This document shows positions 1 through 11,111 of a stretch of 64,000 bases of DNA, one piece after another. Numbering within the stretch: position 1 is the stretch's first letter; every line of letters starts with the position of its first letter. The position numbers and the translations under genes were made by a program. The notes beneath the pieces are model-generated. The model worked only from the letters and a program-made list of their open reading frames with translations. It was not told the DNA's origin and did no database searches. Source of the DNA: Centroscyllium fabricii (taxonomy: Eukaryota); assembly GCA_051313645.2 (NCBI GenBank), contig JBNRSN020000015.1, forward strand, positions 134,292,001-134,356,000, given 5' to 3'.

Positions 1-1355
1 ATTGAATACCCCAGTCCCTGGTGCTGTTACTCCTGAGAGCTAATCCGTAAAAAGAAGGATAAATGTGTGTCCTATTATCCCACAGCCAGACCCACTGACG
101 CTGGCGTTAGGATTTGTTGTCTACAATAAGGCGCTGGGAAATAAAATCATTCCTTAGTTTCTTAGTGTCTTAATCATTCACGCGGAAAACAAGCAAGGAG
201 ATAGCAAGCCAATTGCGGCACCCTTTCAGCGCCCCGGCTCAGATGGGAAACACTCTGCCCTTCACTATAAACCTTGTGAAAGGGAAAGTGTCTAAATCCT
301 ATAGAAGGCTTTAGCCCTATAGGGAAAAAAAAGATAAGAAAAAAACCTGTCACAGCGATCCTTAAACCCTAATTCGCTGGAGAATGTCCCACTGCCCTGA
401 TTGAAGGGTAGGGTTGATAGAGATGTCTCCCTTGCACTATTGTCACATTATTTATTTTTTCCGCTGCTGGTTGACATGAATCAGCTGGAAACCATATTCC
501 CCCTGATGAGACCTAACCCTGACTTGTGCTTCGAATAATGGACTTTTAAAAATCTGCTCAAACATCCCGGGCACCAGGTTGCGTGCAGCATTAATAAAAG
601 CAGTGTGGATATTGGAAAAAAGGGGTCCCGCTTATTATTTGGGACAACATCGCTTTAACGGTCAACGATACAAAGACTGAGAGACCAGTTAGAGAGAGGG
701 CAGCAGCCGTTCCAATTTGGATTTTAAACCAATTACTGCCTCCTCATATTATTCCGTGTGCTTTAAACGAGATATTAAATGGGACGTCCTCCTATTTGCA
801 ATAATCCCGCTTGCATGAATATCTTTTTTTTAAAGCTAATTGAAATAAAACTTTCACAGAGAAAGCCCCAGAACTCAGTTGGGCTTCCTTTAATCGTTTT
901 ATTTCCGTTTTATTCACCTCAACCGGTGGCGAAAAAGTCATTTTAAGACGGTTTATGTCTGATTCTTAACGTGTTGCACATTGCTCATTGACACGGCGGC
1001 TGGCATTCAGAGGCAACACACTCGATTTCTAACCCCGTGCAGGACAAATTCAGATAACTTCGAAACGCAGCCAGGGTCAGCTGGCCAGAGTATAAAATAT
1101 TCCATTAACAGAAAACGAAACGAAATGACTTCGTATTTTTATTGGCTAAAATGTTTACATTTTTGTTTGTTTCAGTGCAATTTTAGACGCAGGTAAGAGG
1201 TGAGATTCAAACTTCCCTTGTGATCTTTCTCGGACTATTACAGAGGCAGTTGTGATTACACGATTGCTATCGGTGTTGCAATCTGCCCATAAAGAGCGAA
1301 AGTTAATGGTCGGAATTGAGATTTTTTTTAAAGAACTGTTTGACTTTAAATCTGC

Positions 1356-1535
1356 AAGAAGTCACACAACACCAGGTTATAGTCCAACAGTTTTATTTGA
1401 AATCACAAGCTTTCGGAGCGCTGCTCCGAAAGCTTGTGATTTCAAATAAAACTGTTGGACTATAACCTGGTGTTGTGTGACTTCTTGCATTTGTCCACCC
1501 CAGTCCAACACCGGCACCTCCACATCATGGCTACA
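1356..1535 (+). mobile_element. Penelope-derived short palindromic insertion
   Basis: Perfect 67-bp inverted arms (1353-1419/1423-1489) plus tail; TSD TTAAATCTGC at 1346-1355 and 1536-1545. Confidence 0.8.
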
Positions 1536-1734
1536 TTAAATCTGCTGTAACTCCGCCTAAATTATAAACGGTTTCGATTTAGAAATGACTTCAGAAACAG
1601 TTGATGCAAAGGCATTGTTGCTGAAAACTGTTCAGATACAACACGGCTATCATTGGCAAAGCAATCCCCTCTGTTTCGTGTGAAAGAAATGATTACATTT
1701 CATGATCAGGTGAAGTTAAATTGAATACCAGTCC

Positions 1735-1925
1735 AATGGACGACTTGCATTTCTATAGTGCCTTTCGCGTCCTCGGGACGGCCCGGAGCCCTTTTTACAG
1801 CCAATCAAGCACGTTTTTGAAGCGCAGTCACTCTTTTCATGTTGGACACGTGGCAGCCAATTCGCGCACAGCAAGCTCCCACAAACAACACTGTGGCGAT
1901 GAGCAGATACTCTGTTTTTAGTGCC
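1735..1925 (-). mobile_element. SacSINE1/DeuSINE-like 3' fragment
   Basis: Minus strand TGTTTGTGGGAGCTTGCTGTGCGCGAATTGGCTGCC...GAAAGGCACTATAGAAATGCAAGTC (Deu domain + L2-like tail). Confidence 0.7.
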
Positions 1926-2120
1926 GCCGATGGCAGCGTAACATTGCGCACGTTCTGTTGTTCAAAACAAGAGTTAGCAAGTAGCACGATTGATTGGCAA
2001 GGCAACATTTACAGGGCTGTGGAGATAGGGTGGGTGAGTTGCATAGTTATCCATTCACTATGTCTAGTTATGCATTTGTATGTTGAGTTGTATGTGTCCT
2101 TTTTCTGTGCTTTGGCAACA

Positions 2121-2512
2121 GGGGCGGCACGGTGGCATAGTGGTTAGCACTGTTGCCTCACAGCACTGGAGACCCGGGTTCAAATCCAGCCTCGGGTACT
2201 ATCTGTGTGAAGTTTGCACATTCTCCCCGTGTCTGCGTGGGTTTCCTCCGGGTGCTCCGGTTTCCTCCCACAGTCCAAAGATGTGCGGCTTAGGTTGATT
2301 GGCCAGGATAAATTGACCCTTAGTGTTAGGGGGATTGAATATGTGGGGTTACGGAAGGGTGGGATATGTGTCGGTGCAGGTTCGATAGGGATGGGGCAGG
2401 GACAGGGTGCTGGGTTTGGATGATCAGCCATGATCTCATTGAATGGCGGAGCAGGCTCGAAGGGCCGAATGGCCTACTCCTGCTCCTATCTTCTATGTCT
2501 ATGCTTTCTATG
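2121..2512 (+). mobile_element. HE1/V-SINE, full length, inserted in a LINE 3' tail ending (TTGAA)n
   Basis: tRNA-like head with A/B boxes, V-domain GTGTCTGCGTGGGTTTCCTCCGGGTGCTCCGG, CR1-type tail. Confidence 0.9.
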
Positions 2513-3619
2513 TATCTTGTCATGCCAATAAAGCAATTTGAATTGAATTGAATTGAATTGAGTGGGACCAATTGGAAATCGCCTTCACAGAGCACAGACT
2601 CAGGCACGATGGGCCGAATGACCTCAGTTTGATCCTACAATACCGTGTCTGTAAATATTTGTTGTTCTGAATGCGGTACTTTGTTTTGCACGTGTTCCCA
2701 AGCAGTGTACAGTATTTTTTTAATTTAAGGCCCGCCTTGACAGTTGCTCATTAAGGTCTGGCGGAGACTCTGTGTATTTATTAAACAACGATCAAGGGTC
2801 CGAGTGTAGAGCATTCAAAACTCGACATGATTGCGCCCGCGGCGTGCACCGTCCCAACCATTCAAAGCAACTGTCAAGTAAATCCCACCTCCACCGACAT
2901 CATTACCATGTAATTGCCGTAAACAAGTTTGGATTTCCCTCGCTATCCCTCGGGATTCCAATCAACACAATTCACCTAAAATATCTAGACAGGCCTCAAC
3001 AGTCACTTCGGGTTCCTGGCCCAAACGAACCAGACCCAGGCCCTTCTCTTCAAAACACAGCACAGAATGAAATTAAATATCTATTGAAATGATTTTTCTC
3101 CGTTATTTAAATCTTGACCTATAGCAGAAATAAAAGTTGGCTTGTCTTTTACATTAAAGCAACTGCGACAACTTAAAGCATATTTTTTCTTTAAAAAAAA
3201 AGTTATAATCGCCTTATCCAACAATATATTCAAATTACACCAGGACAGTGACCTCTTGTATTGGCACATATAATTCACAGTAAGTAGAATAAAATCGAAA
3301 TCTTTTTTTAAAAACACGATTATGAAATAAAATACCATTGGATGCGAATTTGAGCGATTCATTTAATATTGGTGCCTTCCTGCACTTCAGATATAGATCT
3401 ATTCAAGGCACCAGAAGGAAATGACTGTACGTTTCCACTCGGTGACTCGGCTGCCCAGCCCCTCAGCAATGGTCGCAGTCCCAGATTTATTTGTACGCTT
3501 ACTGTGATGGGTAGCGAGTTAAAGTTGTTTAGAAGTTTGGTGTCGGGACTGTTGAAGCGCCCTTGTGTTGCAATACACTGGTTGTTCGTTGTGTCGATGG
3601 CTTCATTAAGAGTGCTATA

Positions 3620-4170
3620 ACAAGCTGGGGATATTTTACAGAAAGCAATGCGCTGCTGTGTATCTTTCGAGTGCCCTTCTTATATTGTTTGCTTCTCAGA
3701 AAGCTGACATGTCTAATTGGCAAGTGGTGCGATATGGTGTCCAGGGGTCTCATGTGTAACATTTCTACAGCTGTCTCCTAGAACTAGACGCTTATTCATG
3801 TTGCTTAATGAGAAACAAAACGCTCTCTAATGAGCAATTACATAGCGACAGAATTGTTCCCATAACAAATTCTTGCGTGTGGCAGAAACATCCTTTGTAC
3901 AATATATTCCGCACACTGTTGCTGATTCTGCGAACAAAAAGCAGGTTGTAGACGGGACACCTCCTCCCCAGGCTGATGACTGTCACGCACAGGCTCACTA
4001 ATGACACACAGGATACAGAAAATGATTCACTCGCCATTCTCTCTCTCTCTCCCCACCCCAACCAGTAACATCACATCCAATTACACTGCAAACTATCTCG
4101 CTGCTATCGCGATAATAAACAGGGGCTAAACCTTAAACATGAACAACGTCAGCTCGACAGTTGACATCAA
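3620..4170. promoter_or_regulatory. Candidate intron-7 conserved enhancer (7CE2-like)
   Basis: Non-repetitive block rich in TAAT, TGACA/TGTCA and Sox-like motifs, in the intron known to carry 7CE1-3; which CE it is is inferred from position only. Confidence 0.5.
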
Positions 4171-5379
4171 GGCGAAGAAGGTTATCTGTAATAATGTAGG
4201 GTCTTAGAACCACTTCCACCCGTGTTCTTGTAAGATTACTCAAATATTGAAAGATGGTTTACTTCAAAAATTAGAATTATATCAAGCACTGTAGGTTTTT
4301 AAAAAATAAATCTGGATATGTATCTCAATTTATTCTCCAGAATGACTGGCCCGGGAGTTGTTTGTGTTCTGAGTTGTGTGTCTCTTATGCGGTCAGCAGA
4401 GTGACCAGAAATGGTCATTTAACCCTTTCGCTTGCTCTTGCTAACTATATTTTCAGCCTCCCCTAACCTTCAGGCAAAGCGAGCAAGGAAGAAAATAAAA
4501 ACATTTACCAATGATCAGATTGTATTTTTCAACAATTAATACTTTTTACATACCTCTCTGGGGCTTTGCAACTGACTGTTTCATTGCGCCGTTTAACCCG
4601 TTTACATTCACTGTTCTCCCGAGGGCAGATAAAGGCCGCACTATTTACAACAATGATGCGATTTTCCGACTTACGATCAGCGCTGTCGCACAGTTTAAGC
4701 TTGTGTTTAATTGCAGGTGATGTTTAGCCATTGAAATATACAAGGGTGAAACTTAAGATGCGAAACTAGACCCTTTATATTAGCATTCATCGTCGTTATT
4801 AAGTTTCATTCTAAATGTGTAGGTGTGTATAATGAGTAATACAGTCATATTTAAACATAGGACAGCGGAAGCAATGCTTTGGCCAATTGAATGGACAGAT
4901 AATTCTAACACTGGCGCCATACCCAGTCTGGGTGTAGGGTACTGGAGCAATTTAACAATCCCGCGCATCAACTTATCCCGTTCTTGTCTGAACTTGGAGA
5001 TGGGAAGGACACGACATTGGGAGCGGGCTGATTTGAGCAATTCACCTGAACGGAACTGTTAATTCCGTGAAAGGCGCAATTTAAATGCAAGTTGTTGTTG
5101 GTCGGTATAGCGCCGATAACGTCCCCGCCGCTTATAGCGGGCACGCCGATAATTACGTAATTTGCCCGCTTTACGGGTTGGACGGTTTCAGTGTTCAACA
5201 AAAAAAGGTCTGACACGAATTAAACCTTGAAATGGACCCCCAAAAATTCTTTCAAGGGTGGCCGTGCACTTGGCATAGAAAACGCGTCCTTTGGTTTCAT
5301 ATGTATCGCCTATTTGACTTGACTTTCTCTCTGACAATGATTGTCTGCAGCGTTTTTACCGTATTTTTTTAGATATTAG

Positions 5380-5620
5380 TCTGAATGTAATTGTCGAATC
5401 CAATAAATTGTCCACTTGAACGAAATAAACGAGAGGCGGTGGCAGTGGTGGAACCTGAATATTGGCACTGAGAGCAGATGACAAACAAATGCCAAAGATA
5501 AACAGGCTCTCCCATACACCGCTGGTTGGGTCAGGTACACCTGAACCGCTTGGCTGGATCTGGATCCTGTCATTTACTTGGAAGTTGATCTTAACGAGTT
5601 GTGTGGACGACTTGACTGAA
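5380..5620. promoter_or_regulatory. Candidate intron-7 element next to exon 7 (7CE1-like)
   Basis: Position plus motif density (CAGATG E-box, TGACA, GATAAACA); inferred. Confidence 0.35.
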
Positions 5621-5750
5621 CACCTGCCCGGAGTAGCCGCACTCACTCTATCTGCCCATCTATCTGCCCATCCAGGAACGCTCTACATTGGGTCATCTCG
5701 CCAGCCTGTTAAAGCGCAGGTGTCGCCCCCACCCCCCCAGCATCCCTTAC

Positions 5751-5916
5751 CTTGGTTTGGCTGCCCTGGGACCGAACTGCCCGGATACCAGCCAGGCCGG
5801 GTACCCCATGCACCTGTCTGCCCGTTCAGCATCCTCAGCTTATCATACATCCCATCCGCTCCCATCTGCTGCTTTTCGCTAGCCAGGTTGCGAAGGACTC
5901 GGTTAATCGATGACAC
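5751..5916 (-). CDS. pax6: Pax6 exon 7 (end of paired domain + linker)
   Basis: 166 bp, ttcag|GTG...CAAG|gtaagg; encodes [55 protein letters not shown]. Contains the MGADG Met used by paired-less isoforms. Next exon lies beyond the left edge. Confidence 0.98.
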
Positions 5917-5954
5917 CTGAAAGCAAATCAGACACTCTCCTTAAATAACAATGG

Positions 5955-6030
5955 ACGAAAACGCCGGAGACCCCTCGGCAGGTCCGGCAGTGGAGAGCGA
6001 AACAGAGTTAACGTTTCGGGGCTGTGACTG
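5955..6030 (-). mobile_element. Degenerate Penelope-derived fragment (family 2)
   Basis: GGAGAGCGAAACAGAGTTAACGTTTCGGG is similar to 42740-42790. Confidence 0.45.
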
Positions 6031-6750
6031 TTAAATATCTCGCCGCTCTTCAAGTGATCAGTTTGAAGGTTGAAACGCGCACGAATAATCAGCTACTAAA
6101 CTAACGTTAAACAGACAAGAATTATGCTTCTCTAATCGATACTAATTGATCTAGGAAATGCATTTCATATGAGGCACTAGGATAGTTCAGGCTCCACCGA
6201 ATGCTGATGGGTGAAGTATATAGGTGAAGGTTTGACAATATATGCGTCCATCTGCATTCATTATCAATAAGCAACGCAAATTTTACTTTTTGCTTTTCTA
6301 CATTTATGGGAGTGAATGGGGAGTAAGCATTCCATTGTACGAGTTACAAATGGCAATAAAATTATCTTGAATCTTGAATCTTGAAAATGAAATCAATCAC
6401 AAACTCGGGTTTAATTAATACATATTAATTGACCCAAAGTTGTGGCTGGGTCTGCACCAAATGATTGCGCGCGTTGCACTGTTCAATGGTGAACAGCCAG
6501 CCTTTCACACTCCTCCAGTAATCGCTATCAAATCCAGGAGTAATCTTTCAAATCATCACTGCAACCAGGATTACAACATCATCATATTATGGCTGGATTT
6601 AAACAAATTCGCTTCACATCACTGCAGATTTATCCGTCGAAGAAAGATGGCAATATTTATTTCAACCCCATGGCCATAATCCAGGAGTTAAAATTCGCCA
6701 GCAATGTTAATTTCACGAGAAATCGACGCCTGCGGGAGATCGGGGTTTCA

Positions 6751-7092
<342 letters not shown>

Positions 7093-7215
7093 CTAAATGT
7101 ATATATATAGGAAATCACATGCATCAAAAAAAGTTTTACAAATAAAATGGCTCTTTTTTTTGATAATATATATTTATGCAGGTATGTAAATATAGTTAAA
7201 CAATGGTGAGCTTAC

Positions 7216-7257
7216 TTTTCGATTATCCACTACTTGGACTTTTGCATCAGCATGGGT
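7216..7257 (-). CDS. pax6: Pax6 alternative exon 5a (14 aa)
   Basis: 42 bp, tgtag|ACCCATGCTGATGCAAAAGTCCAAGTAGTGGATAATCGAAAA|gtaagc = THADAKVQVVDNRK, cf. human THADAKVQVLDNQN. Confidence 0.96.
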
Positions 7258-7348
7258 CTACAATACAAAAATATACCTTAAATGGCAATGGGAAACGGAC
7301 CAATATTGCATCGATTTCAAGAGAATTTCAGGCGCGTGCCAAAGTTAC

Positions 7349-7398
7349 TTTTTAAAAAAAAAGTTTCAAACTTAATTTTTTTTGCATCAACATTGGGT
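7349..7398 (-). pseudogene. Degenerate tandem duplicate of exon 5a (pseudo-exon, 50 nt)
   Basis: 7381-7471 repeats 7241-7330; tgtag|ACCCAATGTTGATGCAAAA...AAAAA|gtaact; a 1-nt insertion gives ACC CAA TGT TGA (stop). Confidence 0.8.
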
Positions 7399-7696
7399 CT
7401 ACAATACAAAAATAAACCCTTAAATGGCAGGGGGAAATCTTACCATTTCTCAATCATTTCAAGATAATTTCTTGCTTTTTTTTCCTTGCCAATTGTGAAA
7501 GAAATTACTTTGAAGGCACGAATGCAATTTTTAGGAAGCATTTTTGGATTGTAGAAAACCCCTTCTAGAAAATGTTTCAATAAGCTGATTGCATATGCAA
7601 TATTAACACTATGACATCTTGCATGCGTTTTTTAGTTCGATTTTTGCAATGATCTGAATATATATATATATACTTATTAACGACACACCGATATCA

Positions 7697-7903
<207 letters not shown>

Positions 7904-8361
7904 TCACAGCGCCCGTCCTTAATCCCGCAGGAGAGCCCAATTGCGAGAAAAAAAAACTGACCTATAAACGCGCTCTCTTGCTCAAAACACGAAAACTGCC
8001 AATCAAAAACAGAATACCTTACGAGCGACGAAAGCGTCGGTGTGCTCACAAATCCTCTCCACCCGAAAGAAACGCAACAGACCACTCACTCAACGTGGAC
8101 AACCAGAGAAAGCCAACACAGGCGAGATTTTCGCGAAATTGAACGAGAGAGCGCCTAATCGAGCAACTAACAGTTCCTCCTTAAACTGACAATGCAAACT
8201 CAACTGGATTCAAGATTGCAAAAATGACACGTTATCTTCCCGAAATTACAACAGATGCCCCACAAATGCACCACAACAAGCCAATTTTTTTTTGCGTTAT
8301 TATTTTTTTTTAAAACACCCAGAGAAGGGACAGTAATTGTAAGCGCATGGAAACTCCTAAC

Positions 8362-8820
8362 CTGAAACTCAGGCTGGTAACCGTGTCCCTGGAGGAAGCT
8401 CCCCGGCTTATGGAGAGAACCTGTTCTCCTCTCCCTGGGAGCGCCTGCTAAATTGGCTCTACAAAGCCCAGCCACTTAACCATAAATAAGCTCCGAATAT
8501 AGCAGGGGAGGCAAACTGATGAGGCTTGCTGACATTTGTCTCGAAAATCAAGCTAGCTGCACGTCAACTTTGAGCTTAATTTCTAGAAATAAGCGGAAGT
8601 CTCCCTGGATAGTGCACGGAAGGATAATTGAAAAGCTCAGTCCCAAACACTTGTGGCAGGCATGTCACTTTATGACACTGTTCCACTTTGAAAATCGCAT
8701 CGTCACGACAAATGGTAGCATGGCAAAACGTCCCTTTCTGTCCGCATTTGTATATCATTCATAGTGTCTTGCACTATCCTCATTACCCTTAAAGGAAGGC
8801 TTCATTTTAAGGTTGCCTGG
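8362..8820 (-). promoter_or_regulatory. Neuroretina enhancer (NRE/alpha element) and exon alpha, intron 4
   Basis: Minus strand has TTTTCAATTATCCTTCC...GACTTCCGCTTATTTCTAGAAATTAAGCTCAAAGTTGACGTGCAGCTAG...GGAGCTTATTTAT, matching the recalled mammalian alpha region; donor TTTCAG|GTTAGG at 8362/8361. Confidence 0.85.
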
Positions 8821-9529
8821 GGGGCTAGGCGCGGTCACGACACGGGGACGCGCGCCCTACTTAATTCAACACTGTTAAAAAGATGCAAAAACGCTAACCA
8901 TTTAAATTTAAAAAAAAATAATCACATGCATCTAAACATTTTTTTTTAAAGCACATACAGTACATATTTATAGCCTTTTTAAGTTTTAAAATGCCTTTGT
9001 TGATTAGAACCAGGACTCCACAATTACACTTTATCTCCGTTAATCCTGCTATGGTACCTGGACATTCATTTAAAAAAATCTAACTAATGACAAATAATGC
9101 AGTTTTGGGGGGGGGAAGTCAAAAGTACAATTTTTACATAAATTTGAAATACAAGTATTGTAACTATGATAGCGTTTTCTTTTTTTTTAAACCAATCCAT
9201 TAAATTCACATACCACACAGCCATCAGTTCTGAAACGAGCTGGGCATTCTCAAATAACAGCAAAAGGTGTGATTCTTTTGAAAGATACAGTCAGCCCCAG
9301 CTACCTGGAGTACTGACGTGTAGGTGTCTCGAGTTCCCCATCAAAAGGCTGTGTGTACATTAAGCAGTGTACCTTACACTGACTCACACATGCCCAGGCC
9401 TTGACTGCACCCCATCCCGCCCCCTCCCCACCCCCACGCCAAGACTTCCACATGCAAGTTTTATTTTTTTTTGAAAGAGAGGAGATCGTACAAACAGAAG
9501 TTTTTTTAAAAAGTACATCTTAAATCGCA

Positions 9530-9800
9530 GTATTAATCTCTGTGCTGGGGCGTGCGAGAATCGCACAGTGGCAATGATTATGCGCCATGCATTCTATTGC
9601 GAGACATCTAATACGAAAACATATGGTGGCAATTTGGATGCTATGCAGCATATACACCCAGGAGTTATTAGCACAAAGCCCGTAGTGCCCGCCGCGACCT
9701 TTAAACAAACTAAAGACTTCAGCCGAATGATATCTCCTCAGCAATTCGCGCACCAGCTTACTCAATCACACACACACACATCCCATTTCAATTAATCCCA
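9530..9800. promoter_or_regulatory. Candidate intron-4 CNE (ele4-like)
   Basis: Complex non-repetitive block between exon 4 and the NRE; positional inference. Confidence 0.35.
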
Positions 9801-10214
9801 TTATATTGAACTTTTAGTTACACCTTCCGTTCTCAGTGGATATTCTGATGGTACTTTGGAGCGGTTTTAATTTGCTTTTGCAACTAATGTATTTTCCCAA
9901 AACAAAAATAATAGATTATTTTTTTTGGGGGGGTGGTGAAGGGGAGGGGGCGGGGTGTGAAATTTGGAGCAAATGGCTGAGATTAAATATGATCAATATC
10001 CGGTTAGAAAGCAGCCGTGATTGGAAATGGACAAAGAACTCACTGGCGCGCCAGCAAAGCTGCAGATTCAGTTCTGTGGTGAGGTTCGAGTGGCAGGGAA
10101 CCAAGCGTCCTTGCTCAATAAGGGTCCACAGGTAAATGAAGGGAATCGCGCGTATTCTGTGCCCCCCCCCCCCCCCCCCCCCTGTTGAAGTGGTCAGTAA
10201 ATTCAGGGAATAAC

Positions 10215-10310
10215 AACCGAAAATGCTGGCAAAACTCAGCAGGCCAGGCAACATCCGTGGAGAGAGAGACAGAGAGTCGACGTTTCGGGTTCGGACCCTT
10301 TGTCAAGACA
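10215..10310 (-). mobile_element. Penelope-derived fragment (family 2), decayed hammerhead core
   Basis: Minus strand TTGACAAAGGGTCCGAACCCGAAACGTCGAC; similar to 42685-42790. Confidence 0.6.
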
Positions 10311-10682
10311 AGTAAATTCAGGGAGTCGTTTTTTTCTGTTTGGCCTTTAGCACGACATCTCCTGACAACACATAACTGGTAGCCCCCCCTTCCAAACACG
10401 GCCCCTGTCTGACAGTCACAACGGTTACATGCCAGCAATCTTACAACACGGACGCTCGAAACTGCCGGCCAAAGTCTGGCTGGGAAGCTAATTTAAACGT
10501 GTGTTTTTGTTTTAACAATTCTTATTAATTCTGCAACCTGCATATTTGGACTTAACACTTGAAGTACGGGGGGGGGGGGGGGGATGGGTGTCGGGGGGTG
10601 GGGTGGGAGCGACCTGTTCTTTACGCACATCAATGTTTGGCATTTTTGGGTGATTGATATAAGCACATGGAGCATCACTTAC

Positions 10683-10692
10683 TGTTCTGCAT
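10683..10692 (-). CDS. pax6: Pax6 exon 4 coding part (ATG CAG AAC A = MQN-S)
   Basis: CAGCATGCAGAACA|gtaagt; phase 1 joins exon 5 to give [13 protein letters not shown]. Confidence 0.95.
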
Positions 10693-10737
10693 GCTGAATT
10701 GTTACACCAGTGTCCCACGTGGCTTGCTTATCGTATT
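10683..10737 (-). other. pax6: Pax6 exon 4 (55 nt; 45 nt UTR + 10 nt CDS)
   Basis: Acceptor ttttattactattag|AATACG, candidate branch site TGATTAAC upstream. Confidence 0.85.
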
Positions 10738-11048
10738 CTAATAGTAATAAAAGTATGCGTTAATCAGGGTCAAGTCACAGACAACAAGGTTTTTGGAAAC
10801 ATTTATCATCGCTGAGAAAGCTGACTGTGAAATACTCTATAAAGAGCACTTTCAAAATAAGAATTGCTAAAAACTAAACAAGCATCCCGCCGCGAGCGGC
10901 CAGACACACGATATATATATATATATATATATAGGTGTCTGTGTGTGTTTAATGCAAAGCAATCGCTTGCTGGCATTGGAGTTTGTTTGGAATTTTCAAT
11001 TTTAAATGCTGCCCGATTGATTGAAAGCAATAATATTTCAAAACTTGC

Positions 11049-11111
11049 CTGAAAGCTGTGTTGGCAGTCTGTGACCACAGACATCTGTTTGTCACTATTA
11101 AAGTCTTCCCT
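11049..11111 (-). other. pax6: Pax6 exon 3 (5'UTR, 63 nt, GC donor)
   Basis: ttttcccccaatag|AGGGAAGACTTTAA...CAGATGT...TTTCAG|gcaagt; resembles recalled human exon 3 (GGGGAAGACTTTAAC...TTTCAG). Confidence 0.8.

Noticed and set aside
2121-2195. tRNA-like sequence with A/B boxes (many copies)
   Set aside because: tRNA-derived SINE head, not a tRNA gene
1-5750. Pax6 exon 8/homeobox
   Set aside because: No LQRNRTSF-coding sequence found; it must lie beyond the left edge
10160-10610. Poly-C/poly-G tracts as functional G-quadruplexes
   Set aside because: Homopolymer runs are common throughout the window and nothing singles these out
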